Shown piece by piece: positions 18,258 to 27,882 of a stretch of 39,121 nucleotides of DNA (within the stretch, counting starts at the first letter, position 1; each line of letters starts with the position of its first letter). The notes under the pieces were generated by a model. That model worked only from the letters and a program-made list of their open reading frames with translations. It did not search any database and was not told the DNA's origin. Source of the DNA: Limisphaerales bacterium (GTDB lineage: Bacteria; Verrucomicrobiota; Verrucomicrobiia; Limisphaerales; SIBE01); the NCBI GenBank assembly GCA_044225505.1, contig JBGAIN010000070.1:1-39121 (forward strand), read 5' to 3'. The position numbers and the translations under genes were made by a program.

Positions 18258-19741
18258 CCACGCGTTCCTTACGTTTCCAACTTGGCCTTTGGTACGCAGG
18301 GTTGCTGATAGCAGTTTTGCTGCTTTTGGGACTGGCAACAATCGCCGCCTTGAGACATTACCTCGAAGCTACCGTGCGCGATTCGCAATTGGGCCGGGCG
18401 CATCAGATTGCCCAAATTCTCTCTGCCGAGAATCTCAAACGTGGCGTGGCGACGATAGCCGACGAGGTCGAGGCGCGTTTCGCACCGGGTCAAAACAATC
18501 GATTCGTGCAGATTCGTACGGCCGATGGCAAGGTCATCTACCGTTCATCCGAACCTCAAGATCATAGCTTTGATCCTACGGTCGTGCCGGAGGCGCCATG
18601 GCCAGAGCGAGTGACGACGTCGCGGAAAGTTCGGCTCTCCAACCACAATGCTTTGTTGATTGCCCGGTATCTCGCACGTCTTCCTAATGGTGGGCTCTGG
18701 CTCGTCGAGTCGGGGGCGCCATTGGAACCGGTCGATGCCGTTTTAGGAGATGTCACCAGAGTTATGGCGCTCTCATTGTGCATGGCAGTCGTCGTGGCGA
18801 GTGCTGGAGGCTATTTCCTGGTGGGACGTGCTCTGGCTCGAGTGGACCAATTGGCCCGGAGTGCGGAAGATATCAGCTTTCACAATCTCAGTGAGAGACT
18901 GCCGATCGTAGAGAGCGGGGATGAAGTGGAGCGCCTTTCTCTTTCCCTAAACCGGATGATTCAACGGTTGGACGCGGCCTTCCAGCATTCCAAGCGCTTT
19001 GTCGCTGATGCGTCCCACGAATTGAGAACGCCTTTGACGATCTTGCGTGGGGAACTGGAAGGGCTGCTGGCACGCGCGGAAGTCGGGCTTGGCGTCCGGG
19101 AACGCCTTGGCAGTTTGCTGGAAGAGGTCGACCGGCTTACCAAAATCGTCGAGGGCCTCCTGATGCTCTCAAGGTTAGACGCGGGGGAAGCACGCGGAGA
19201 GTGGGTTGCGGTCGATCTAGCGGCGTTGACGGTGTCGACCGCAGATCAAATGGGTTTGCTCGCGGAAGACAAGCGAATCCGGATTCGTTGTGTAACGCCT
19301 GCTTCCGTATTGGTGCAGGGGGACCGAGCAAGGCTGAAGCAACTGGTGGTCAATCTGCTCGACAATGCGATCAAGTACACGCCGGACGGAGGCAAAGTCA
19401 CACTGCAAGTTTCCACACAAGAAGGTTGGGCGGTTCTGGACGTGACCGACAATGGAATTGGGATTGCAGCGGACGCAGTGCCCCATGTTTTTGAACGCTT
19501 TTACCGGGCAGATCAGGCGAGGAACCGGGCGGTGGCCGGGGCCGGCTTGGGGTTGGCCATCGTGCAGTCGATTTGCGTCGCACATGGCGGGAAAGTGTCG
19601 GTAGAAAGCGCTGAAAAAGAGGGGAGTCAATTCCGTGTGGAACTGCCTCTGGCAAATGAGATGAAAGAATTACGATCCAACAAGATTCACGATTCGGAGG
19701 TCCTTGCTCATGTTAAAATTCCTGAAACAAAGCCGGAATAA
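18254..19741 (+). CDS. Membrane sensor histidine kinase (CusS/CzcS-like, HAMP-HisKA-HATPase)
   Basis: Two TM segments; FVADASHELRTPL, NLLDNAIKY, DNGIGI, FERFYR, GAGLGL; ATGA overlap with the regulator. Confidence 0.95.
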   Translation: MTTRSLRFQLGLWYAGLLIAVLLLLGLATIAALRHYLEATVRDSQLGRAHQIAQILSAENLKRGVATIADEVEARFAPGQNNRFVQIRTADGKVIYRSSEPQDHSFDPTVVPEAPWPERVTTSRKVRLSNHNALLIARYLARLPNGGLWLVESGAPLEPVDAVLGDVTRVMALSLCMAVVVASAGGYFLVGRALARVDQLARSAEDISFHNLSERLPIVESGDEVERLSLSLNRMIQRLDAAFQHSKRFVADASHELRTPLTILRGELEGLLARAEVGLGVRERLGSLLEEVDRLTKIVEGLLMLSRLDAGEARGEWVAVDLAALTVSTADQMGLLAEDKRIRIRCVTPASVLVQGDRARLKQLVVNLLDNAIKYTPDGGKVTLQVSTQEGWAVLDVTDNGIGIAADAVPHVFERFYRADQARNRAVAGAGLGLAIVQSICVAHGGKVSVESAEKEGSQFRVELPLANEMKELRSNKIHDSEVLAHVKIPETKPE

Positions 19742-20909
19742 ATCTCAGCGACGCTGGTGGCTCGGGTTAGCGGGGATCTCACTTTTCTGCCTGCCGCTTG
19801 GGTTTCTTCTCAGCGGTTCGGCCAAGCCGGAAGAGACTGCGTCGCGGGCCATACCATCCGTGGCGGCGGCTCCCGTCCGGCGGGAAGATTTGTGGCGCGA
19901 GCAAGTGTTTGACGCAGAATTCCGACCGTACCAGGAGATCGATTTACATGCCAAGGTGACAGGTTTTCTCGAAACGATCGAGGTCGACATCGGAGATAAA
20001 GTGAAGGCGGGGCAGTTGATTGCCTCCCTCGAGATCCCGGAACTTACGGATGATCTCGAGCGCGCCAAGGCAGTTGAGAAGCGGAGTTTAGAAGAAGCGA
20101 AGCGAGCGGAAATCGCTCGCGACGAAGCGCACCTGGCGCTTTCGCGCCTGCTCCGTGTCGACCAAGCCCAACCGAACCTGGTGGCCCAAGCGGAAATCGA
20201 CATCGCTCGCAGCAAGCACCAGGCAGCTGAAGCGAACTTGGCCGCGGCGAAGGAGCAAGTCGGCGTGGTTCACGCCGACGTCAAGAGACTTAACACGATG
20301 GTTCAGTACTCAAGGATTGTGGCGCCGTTCGATGGAGTGATCACGAAGCGCTATCTCGATCCCGGAGCTCTCGTACAGGGAGGCACTTCGTCCACGGCGC
20401 CGTTGGTCCGGCTTTCGCAAATCGATCATTTGCGCCTTGGCTTTCCAGCTTCGATGTCCTTTGCATCGAAGATCCTGGTCGGAACGCCGGTAGAGATTCG
20501 AGTGTCAACGTCAGAGCGGAAATATCGGGGAACAGTGTCACGATTTAGTCGGCGGATCGATTTTCAGACGCGGACGATGGAGGTCGAGGTGGATGTTCCA
20601 AACTCCGATCTCGAGCTGGTCCCAGGAATGTACGCTGCGGCCGTCGTGCGAGTCGATCGAAAGGAACAGGCGCTCGTTGTTCCCGTCGAGGCTGTTCTCG
20701 GCCAACAATCCCCGACCGTCTACTTGATCGGCAAAGACGGAGTTGTTGCTGAACGCAAAATCACCGTGGGATTGGAAATGGCCAGCGTGTGGGAAGTCAC
20801 CTCGGGGTTGGAGGAAGCTGATCTAGTTCTCATGGGAAGCCGCGGCCAGGTCCGACCGGGGCAAAAGGTTGTGCCTAAGTTGACTGAGACCCTTCATGCG
20901 ATGAAATGA
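19710..20909 (+). CDS. RND efflux periplasmic adaptor (membrane fusion protein)
   Basis: N-terminal TM; AKVTGFL...VDIGDKVKAGQLIA, IVAPFDGVIT, TRTMEVE, LVPGMYA. Confidence 0.93.
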   Translation: MLKFLKQSRNKSQRRWWLGLAGISLFCLPLGFLLSGSAKPEETASRAIPSVAAAPVRREDLWREQVFDAEFRPYQEIDLHAKVTGFLETIEVDIGDKVKAGQLIASLEIPELTDDLERAKAVEKRSLEEAKRAEIARDEAHLALSRLLRVDQAQPNLVAQAEIDIARSKHQAAEANLAAAKEQVGVVHADVKRLNTMVQYSRIVAPFDGVITKRYLDPGALVQGGTSSTAPLVRLSQIDHLRLGFPASMSFASKILVGTPVEIRVSTSERKYRGTVSRFSRRIDFQTRTMEVEVDVPNSDLELVPGMYAAAVVRVDRKEQALVVPVEAVLGQQSPTVYLIGKDGVVAERKITVGLEMASVWEVTSGLEEADLVLMGSRGQVRPGQKVVPKLTETLHAMK

Positions 20910-21604
20910 TGCCGCCCAATCTTACGTCGGAGGAGTTCGAAAGGTTGAGAGGTCTGGGGACCCCTCGCGTCGCCAATGCGATCGAGCGTTTCCGCATCCG
21001 TCTCCGGAATGAAGGCTATGGCGACGGCAGCATTCACTGTCTCTTTCCCGAACTGGGGCCGATGCTCGGCTATGCCGCGACATTGAAAGTGCGTTCGGTG
21101 AATCCGCCCACGGAACGCGAGCATTATCTCGAGCATACTCAATGGTGGGACCATGTCCTTGCCGTCCCCGCACCCCGCTTGCTGGTAATCGAGGATCTTG
21201 ATGCGCCAATGCCCGGAGGTGCCTTCTTGGGGGAAGTTCATGCGTCGATCTTACAGGCGTTGCACTGCCTCGGGGCTTTGACCAACGGTGCCGTGCGGGA
21301 TTTGCCGGAGGTCAGGGCCGCGAAATTCCACTTTTTTGCAGGATGCGTTTCCGTTTCGCACGCTTACGTTCACATCGTGGAGGTCGGGCAAGGGGTAACC
21401 GTGGCTGGATTACGCATTTCTCCCGGCGACTTGATCCACGCGGATGGACACGGAGTTGTGTCTGTGCCGTTAGCTGTAGCGCCGGAGATTCCCCGTGTCT
21501 CGGCCCAGATTGAGGAGGAGGAACAACGGATCATCGGTCTCTGCCGTTCAGACAATTTTTCAGTCGAACGTTTGCGGGACCTGGTGCGGGAGATCCGAAA
21601 GTAG
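20906..21604 (+). CDS. RraA-family protein (HMG/CHA aldolase-like)
   Basis: MLGYAAT, GAFLGEV, GALTNGAVRDL, ISPGDLIHADGHGVV; ATGA overlap with the adaptor stop. Confidence 0.88.
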   Translation: MMPPNLTSEEFERLRGLGTPRVANAIERFRIRLRNEGYGDGSIHCLFPELGPMLGYAATLKVRSVNPPTEREHYLEHTQWWDHVLAVPAPRLLVIEDLDAPMPGGAFLGEVHASILQALHCLGALTNGAVRDLPEVRAAKFHFFAGCVSVSHAYVHIVEVGQGVTVAGLRISPGDLIHADGHGVVSVPLAVAPEIPRVSAQIEEEEQRIIGLCRSDNFSVERLRDLVREIRK

Positions 21605-21622
21605 CTGCTTGAGGAGGTTTGC

Positions 21623-24600
21623 ATGTCTCGGTTCGCGTTACGTTACCCATATTTTGTTATTGTTGTCTGCCTCATTACGAGTGTTGTGGGTATCACGAGT
21701 GTTTTTCGACTGCCTGTGGATCTTTTTCCTTCCATCAAGATTCCCGTTGTCGTGGTGGCGACGTTTTATTCTGGAATGCCGCCGGAACAGATCGAGAACG
21801 ATATTACCGGCCGGTTTGAACGTTTCTTCACACTCGCGAGTGGGATTGACCATCTGGAGTCAAGGTCGTTGCCCGGCGTGAGTCTGATCAAGGTCTACTT
21901 CCAGCCCGGCATGAATGCGGATAATGCCGTCAGTGTTATCGCGAATCTGGCGAACGCGAATCTGAGACGTTTACCTCCCGGGACGTTGCCACCGGTAGTG
22001 CTGAAGTTTGATGCCTCGTCACTGCCGGTGTGTTTAATCACACTGAATGGCGACGGCTTAACGGAAACTCAGTTGCGCGACAATGGCCAGTATGCGGTGC
22101 GCAACCAAGTGGCGAACGTGCCCGGGGCTTCGGTGCCGCAGCCGTTTGGCGGACGTTATCGTCAGATCATGGTCTATGTCGACCCGCTCAAGCTTGAAGC
22201 CCATCAATTGAGCGTCATGGACGTCGTTCGAGCGGTGAACGACTCGAACTTGATTCTCCCTGCGGGCGATGTGCGTATCGGCCCGTTCGATTACAACATT
22301 TATGCGAACAGCCAGGTGGAGGACATCAAGGACATCAATCGGATTCCGCTCAAGACCGTAGGAGCGTCTTCGGTGTTGGTGGCGGACATCGGCGAAGCGA
22401 AAGACGCCTCCCAAATACAGAACAATCTCGTGCGGGTGGACGGTCAACGTTCAGTTTACCTTCCGGTGCTCAAACAGGGAGGAGACGCGAACACCATCGC
22501 GGTGGTAAACGGTATCAAAGAACGCGCCGCCCATTTGGTCGATGTTCCCCAGCAACTGCTCGCGCGCGTGCTCTTTGACCAGTCAGTTTTTGTTCGGACC
22601 GCGATTGAGAATCTCGTTCACGAAGGACTTATCGGACTGGTTTTGACAGGAGTGATGATCTTGGTTTTTCTCGGCAATCTCCGCGCCACAGCGGCGGTCT
22701 TTCTTTCGGTGCCGCTTTCGGCGTTGGCCACATTCCTGGCGTTGTCCATGGGAGACAACACGATCAATGCTATGGTTCTAGGCGGATTAGCCTTGGCTTT
22801 CTCTCGCTTGATCGACAACTCGGTTGTCGTTTTGGAGAATATCTTCCGGCACATCGAATTGGGCGAGTCACCCGAAGTGGCTGCGGAGAAAGGAGGCAGC
22901 GAGGTGGCATTGCCGGTGCTAGCATCGACCTTGACGACGGCGATCGTCTTTTTCCCAGTCACGTTCTTGTATGGTGTTAGCCGCTTTCTTTTTAGCGCCC
23001 TCGCGCTGACGGTCGTGCTTTCTTTGTTTGCCTCCTATTTCGTCGCTCTTACGGTGGTACCTTTGTTTTGCGCTAAGTTTATCCGCCGTGCGCCAGCACA
23101 TAGCGGCGCGGAAGCGCCGGGTAGCGTTGGCGTTGCAGGGCGTTTCAACGTCTGGTTCAACCACCAGTTTCAGCGTCTGCTCGGCGGATACGGGAGAATG
23201 CTGCATGTCGCCTTAGGACGCCCCTTGGCAACCGTGCTGGGCCTGACCGGGATCTTCGTTTTAAGCTTGGGCGTTTACCCTGCAATTGGCATGGCTTACT
23301 TCCCGCGAACGGATCCTGGCCAGTTTGTCATCAATCTCAAAGCGCCAACAGGCACCAGGATAGAAATGACCGAGGGCTTGGTGCAGCGAGTGGAAGAAAT
23401 GATCCGAAAGGAAATATCTAAGGAGGATTTGGGCGTTATTGTTGCCAACGTCGGGGTGCAGCCAGGTTTTTCGTCTATTTACACGAGCAACTCCGGCCAT
23501 CACACAGCGACCATTCAGGTCAGCCTCAATGAGCATCATAGAATCGGCAGTTATGAGGCAATGAATCGCGTGCGACGCCGGCTCAGATATGAGCTGCCCG
23601 AGGTCAGCGCATACTTTCAGTCGGGCGGATTGGTGGACGCCGTCCTCAACCTCGGCTTGCCCGCGCCGATCGATATTCAAATCAATGGCTCCGACTTGAA
23701 GGCCACGCACGCGGCGGCAGTCGAGATTGCGCGCAAGGTGCGCGACTTGCCTGGTGTCAGCGACGTGCTGGTGCCGCAAGACGTGGATTATCCAGCACTT
23801 CGTTTGGAAATTGATCGTGGACGTGCCAGCCAACTGGGTGTGACGTCCAAAGAAGTCATTCACAACGTGATTACCGCGTTGACATCGGACGCGATGATTG
23901 CGCCTAGCTATTGGGTAGATCCAAGAACAGGCAACGATTATCTTCTGACCGTTCAATACAAGGAGGGACTGATCAAAAACCTGAGCGACCTTCAAGCCGT
24001 TCCCATCCGCGCCGCAAAAGGGGCCGACGCGGCGCGATTGGATGCCATCAGTGAAGTTCATCACATGCGTGCACCAACGGAAGTTGACCATTATCAACTC
24101 CGTCGTGTGGTTGACGTATACGTGATGCCGGCAAGCGAGGATCTGGGCGGCGTTTTGCACGAAGTTGAGCGGATTATCCGCGAAACGCCGATGCCGGCGG
24201 GTGCGCGCGTTGATTTGCGCGGCAGTGTTCAAGGCATGCGGTCGTCCTTCAAGAGCTTTGGTTTAGGGCTTATCCTCTCGGTTTTGTTGGTTTACTTGAT
24301 TTTGGTGGCTCAGTTCCAGTCCTTCCTTGACCCATTAATCATTTTGTTGGCTGTGCCCACGGGACTTACCGGAGTCTTGCTCACCTTGATGCTGACCGGA
24401 ACCACATTGAACATCATGTCTCTGATGGGTGTGGTCATGATGGTTGGAATCGTCGTTTCCAATAGCATCCTAATCGTCGAGTTTATCCGACGCCTCCGTG
24501 AAGATGGCCAGTCGGTCCGGGACGCAGTCGTCGCCGCGGGGCGAGTCCGCCTTCGACCGGTCTTGATGACTTCCCTAGCGACGTTAATTGGATTGCTCCC

Positions 24601-24766
24601 TATGGCCCTGAGTTTGGGAACGGGGAGCGAAGCGTATGCTCCTTTAGCACGAGCAATCATTGGAGGGCTGGCATTTTCCGTCGTGTTGACCGTTTTTATC
24701 GTTCCGGCCGCGTACCTTCTAGTGCATGGGGGAACTGAGCAACGAGCGAAATCTGGAACTCTGTAG
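21623..24766 (+). CDS. RND efflux transporter permease subunit
   Basis: 1047 aa; LPVDLFPSI, LVFLGNLRAT, VVVLENI, RLRPVLMTSLAT, PLARAIIGGL; strong RBS GAGGAGG upstream. Confidence 0.95.
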   Translation: MSRFALRYPYFVIVVCLITSVVGITSVFRLPVDLFPSIKIPVVVVATFYSGMPPEQIENDITGRFERFFTLASGIDHLESRSLPGVSLIKVYFQPGMNADNAVSVIANLANANLRRLPPGTLPPVVLKFDASSLPVCLITLNGDGLTETQLRDNGQYAVRNQVANVPGASVPQPFGGRYRQIMVYVDPLKLEAHQLSVMDVVRAVNDSNLILPAGDVRIGPFDYNIYANSQVEDIKDINRIPLKTVGASSVLVADIGEAKDASQIQNNLVRVDGQRSVYLPVLKQGGDANTIAVVNGIKERAAHLVDVPQQLLARVLFDQSVFVRTAIENLVHEGLIGLVLTGVMILVFLGNLRATAAVFLSVPLSALATFLALSMGDNTINAMVLGGLALAFSRLIDNSVVVLENIFRHIELGESPEVAAEKGGSEVALPVLASTLTTAIVFFPVTFLYGVSRFLFSALALTVVLSLFASYFVALTVVPLFCAKFIRRAPAHSGAEAPGSVGVAGRFNVWFNHQFQRLLGGYGRMLHVALGRPLATVLGLTGIFVLSLGVYPAIGMAYFPRTDPGQFVINLKAPTGTRIEMTEGLVQRVEEMIRKEISKEDLGVIVANVGVQPGFSSIYTSNSGHHTATIQVSLNEHHRIGSYEAMNRVRRRLRYELPEVSAYFQSGGLVDAVLNLGLPAPIDIQINGSDLKATHAAAVEIARKVRDLPGVSDVLVPQDVDYPALRLEIDRGRASQLGVTSKEVIHNVITALTSDAMIAPSYWVDPRTGNDYLLTVQYKEGLIKNLSDLQAVPIRAAKGADAARLDAISEVHHMRAPTEVDHYQLRRVVDVYVMPASEDLGGVLHEVERIIRETPMPAGARVDLRGSVQGMRSSFKSFGLGLILSVLLVYLILVAQFQSFLDPLIILLAVPTGLTGVLLTLMLTGTTLNIMSLMGVVMMVGIVVSNSILIVEFIRRLREDGQSVRDAVVAAGRVRLRPVLMTSLATLIGLLPMALSLGTGSEAYAPLARAIIGGLAFSVVLTVFIVPAAYLLVHGGTEQRAKSGTL

Positions 24767-24774
24767 GAACTCCG

Positions 24775-26079
24775 ATGGATCGACTGATCAAATGGACTGG
24801 GCTTGGATTAGGCATTGCGTGGCCGTGGTTCGGGACCGGGCTCGCGGACACGAATGCAGCCAAGACATTGAGCTTGCGAGCCGCTGAGGAATTGGCCGCG
24901 CACAACCATCCGCGGATCACGGCGGCCGAATTGACTGCCCTAGTCGCGAAAGAAGGAGTGCGTGTGGCGCGGGCGAGTTTCTTTCCCACCCTGTCCGCCA
25001 ACGCTACGGCTGTTGGCACGTGCGACGACAACACCCGGATCGCAGCGGGAGGATTGAACAATCCGGCAATTTTTGACCGAAATGCCGAAGGACTGACTGT
25101 CAGCCAAATTATTACTGATTTTGGCCGGACGGCAAACCTGACCGCGAGCGCGAAACTTCGGCAGGAGGCAGCCGACGAGAACACTGCGGCGACTCGAGCT
25201 CAATTGATCGTGGAGGTGGACTCGGCTTATTTTGGGTCGCTTGCGGCCCAATCAGTCCTCCGAGTCGCTCGCGAGACCGTGCGGACACGAAGTCTGCTTC
25301 TCGATCAAGTGTCGGCTCTCGCCACAAATAAGCTGAAGTCCGCGTTGGACGTCAGTTTTGCCCGGGTCGCTTTCGAAGAAGGACGATTGTTGTTATCACG
25401 GGCCGAGAATGATCTCCGAGCATCGTGGGTGAGGTTAGGAACATTGTTGGGGATTCCGAACGAGCCGAGCTTTGCGCTTCAGGAAGAAACGTTGCCTCCC
25501 TCGGTGAGCACAGACGAATCTTCCCTTGTTCAAGAGGCCTTGCTGCGACGACCGGAGTTGATTCGGCTACGGTTGGAACGTGATGCGGCGCTGAAGTATT
25601 CGAGAGCTGAGCGCGCCTTGCGTTATCCAACAGTATCGGCGATTGGCAGTGTCGGCGTCATTCCAATCCGCGACGACCGATTGCCCGAGAACTATGCCGC
25701 TGCCGGGGTGAACTTGAGTTTCCCGATCTATACGGGTGGACTTTATTCGGCGCGCCAAGCTGAGGCGGAGTTGCGCGTGAAGGTGGCGGACGAACTTTTG
25801 CGTGAGCAACAGAACAATGTGATCCGTGATGTTCGGGTAGCCAGGATTAATGCGATTAACTCCATGGAGAGGATGCAGATCACGGATCAGTTGCTTGCTC
25901 AGGCAAACTTATCCTTCAATCTGGCTCAAGCGCGTTTCGCGATTGGAAGTAGTTCTATCGTCGAGCTCAGTCAGGCCCAACTGAACCAAACTGCGGCGCA
26001 GATCGCGCAAGCCAGTGCACGGTACGAATATCAGATCAGTTGTGCAGCCTTGGACTACCAAGTGGGCAACAAAAAGTGA
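24775..26079 (+). CDS. TolC-family outer membrane efflux protein
   Basis: Signal peptide; two OEP repeats (ARASFFPTLS; RALRYPTVS...LSFPIYTGG); ARFAIGSSSIVEL. Confidence 0.92.
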   Translation: MDRLIKWTGLGLGIAWPWFGTGLADTNAAKTLSLRAAEELAAHNHPRITAAELTALVAKEGVRVARASFFPTLSANATAVGTCDDNTRIAAGGLNNPAIFDRNAEGLTVSQIITDFGRTANLTASAKLRQEAADENTAATRAQLIVEVDSAYFGSLAAQSVLRVARETVRTRSLLLDQVSALATNKLKSALDVSFARVAFEEGRLLLSRAENDLRASWVRLGTLLGIPNEPSFALQEETLPPSVSTDESSLVQEALLRRPELIRLRLERDAALKYSRAERALRYPTVSAIGSVGVIPIRDDRLPENYAAAGVNLSFPIYTGGLYSARQAEAELRVKVADELLREQQNNVIRDVRVARINAINSMERMQITDQLLAQANLSFNLAQARFAIGSSSIVELSQAQLNQTAAQIAQASARYEYQISCAALDYQVGNKK

Positions 26080-26454
26080 CGGCGTCGCGTGCTCAATCGG
26101 GCCCGGACCGCGACCTGACTTTTGAACTGATCGCGTTCCTCGACCGTTGCATTCGTTCGGTCGAACGACTGGATATCCTGGTCCTTTTTCGGGAATTGCC
26201 AGAACGTCGTTGGACTGCACAAGCTGTTAACGAAGCCATGAAAGGCAATCTGGTATCGATCAAACAACGATTGCACCAATTGGCTGGCGACCACCTGCTG
26301 TGTAGCGAAGGTAGCGATGAAGCCGAATACGAAATTTGTCCCTGCCAGTGAAGACTTAGCTACCTTGGTGGGTGAGTTGGCGAGGGTTTACCGAGAAAAA
26401 CCGGTGCGAGTTTTGCAGTCGATCTATGCCGCTCGCAAGATTGGTCGAGACTGA
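26076..26454 (+). CDS. Small winged-helix-like hypothetical protein with a +1 frameshift near 26333
   Basis: GTGA overlap with the tolC stop. FLDRCIRSVERLDILVLFRELPERRWTAQAV...; removing one base at GAAATTT continues EFVPASEDLATLVGELARVYREKPVRVLQSIY to a TGA at 26452-26454. Confidence 0.65.
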
Positions 26455-26725
26455 AGTCGATAGTGCATGCGCCCGAGGCCGAAAAATCGTTTCCTCGGGA
26501 TAGCGACCTGCCACAGAGACCTGCTGGCTTTGAAATGCTTGGACTCAAAGGGCCTTGGACGGCTTTCGAGGGAGACGAAGACGTTCATTGTCTCCCTCTA
26601 CGTGCGAAGATGCCCTAGCTTCCGTTGCAGTTCCTGAACCGCGCCATTCCCTGTGTTCGGAAAACCCGCCTTGGCAAAAATGAGTTGTTGCCTCTGGCGT
26701 GCAGTTGCGCGAAGGTCTATCAACG

Positions 26726-27562
26726 ATGAAATATTTCCCGAAGGCTTTTGTTAGGGCTCGTGGTTTCACTCTCATCGAATTGCTGGTTGTGATTGCCATA
26801 ATTGCGATTCTCGCTGGCATGTTGCTCCCAGCGCTTTCCAAGGCGAAGCTCAAGGCGACGCAAGTGGCGTGCTTGAGCAACCAAAAGCAATTGATTTTGG
26901 GGTGGGTGATGTATGCGACCGATAATGAAGAGCGCGTCGTGAATTTTTTGCAGGCGCTGAATGGAACCAAGGATGTGCCATGGCGCTACGATCCGCCGCC
27001 GATACTGCCAACCTACCCGGCTGGCGCGAGTGCAGAGAAGAAGCTGCAGATCATCATCGAAGAAGGCTACAAGCAGGGGGCGCTCTATAAGTACGCTCCG
27101 TCTCCTGGGATTATTCATTGTCCAGGCGATACGCGGCTCAAATTGAAAATCGGCAAAGGGTTTACGTATGTCAGTCTGTCCGGTGTCGGCACGCTCAATG
27201 GTGAAGCTCCAGAGATCTACAAGCAATCTACGATTCAGTCGCCAAGCGAGCGATTCGTTTGGGTGGAAGAGAATGATCCGCGCGGGGAAAATGTTGGATC
27301 GTGGCTGATGACTCAGGGTCGACCGGACAATGATTTTAAAGGTGCATCGCTCATCGACTCGACGGCCGTTTTTCATGGACGCTCAAGCACGTTCAATTTT
27401 GCGGACGGGCACGCTGAACCGCATAAATGGGTGGATGCGGCGATGATTAAGTACTCCGCCAGCATGGATCAAGGAAAGTTCAGCTCCAGTCCCAACGAGA
27501 CCAAGGCACCGACCGATGTGAAATGGTTGGCCCGCCGGTATCCTTCCAAGCTCAATCCTTGA
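26726..27562 (+). CDS. Prepilin-type N-terminal cleavage/methylation protein with an H-X9-DG motif
   Basis: [52 protein letters not shown]. Confidence 0.92.
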   Translation: MKYFPKAFVRARGFTLIELLVVIAIIAILAGMLLPALSKAKLKATQVACLSNQKQLILGWVMYATDNEERVVNFLQALNGTKDVPWRYDPPPILPTYPAGASAEKKLQIIIEEGYKQGALYKYAPSPGIIHCPGDTRLKLKIGKGFTYVSLSGVGTLNGEAPEIYKQSTIQSPSERFVWVEENDPRGENVGSWLMTQGRPDNDFKGASLIDSTAVFHGRSSTFNFADGHAEPHKWVDAAMIKYSASMDQGKFSSSPNETKAPTDVKWLARRYPSKLNP

Positions 27563-27882
27563 GGTCGCGAACTCGGCTTCTCCACGCTCAAGGACCTGGT
27601 TGACCGAAGCCGCCGTCGGAGTGGTGAACCATCGGCAAATCGCCCGAAGAGCATGGAATCTTCGAGTTCTACCCGGGTTCGGGGCGGCGGGCGGTAGGAC
27701 TATCTATTGTGAAGAAAGCTGCTGGACGGATGGAGTGATCGGCTGGGGCCGAGGTGAAACCAGGTCAGACAGCAATCTGTTGAATCGAACCGGCCGCTGC
27801 CAACGCTGTGTAAATCGTCGCTCGACGGCACCGGCGTGAGTCAAGGTGCGTCTTGGGCCAACTTGTCTCGGGCTTCGTCCAT

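Noticed and set aside
23261..24232. Long antisense ORFs (323 aa here; also 34281-35360, 12254-12967, 26720-27376)
   Set aside because: They lie opposite well-supported genes and are expected shadows of GC-rich codon usage.
17577..26079. Calling the operon cusRS-cusCBA or czc
   Set aside because: The regulator and kinase are similar in type, but I could not see the Met/His metal-binding features of CusA/CusB, and the pump's TM motifs differ. Substrate left unassigned.
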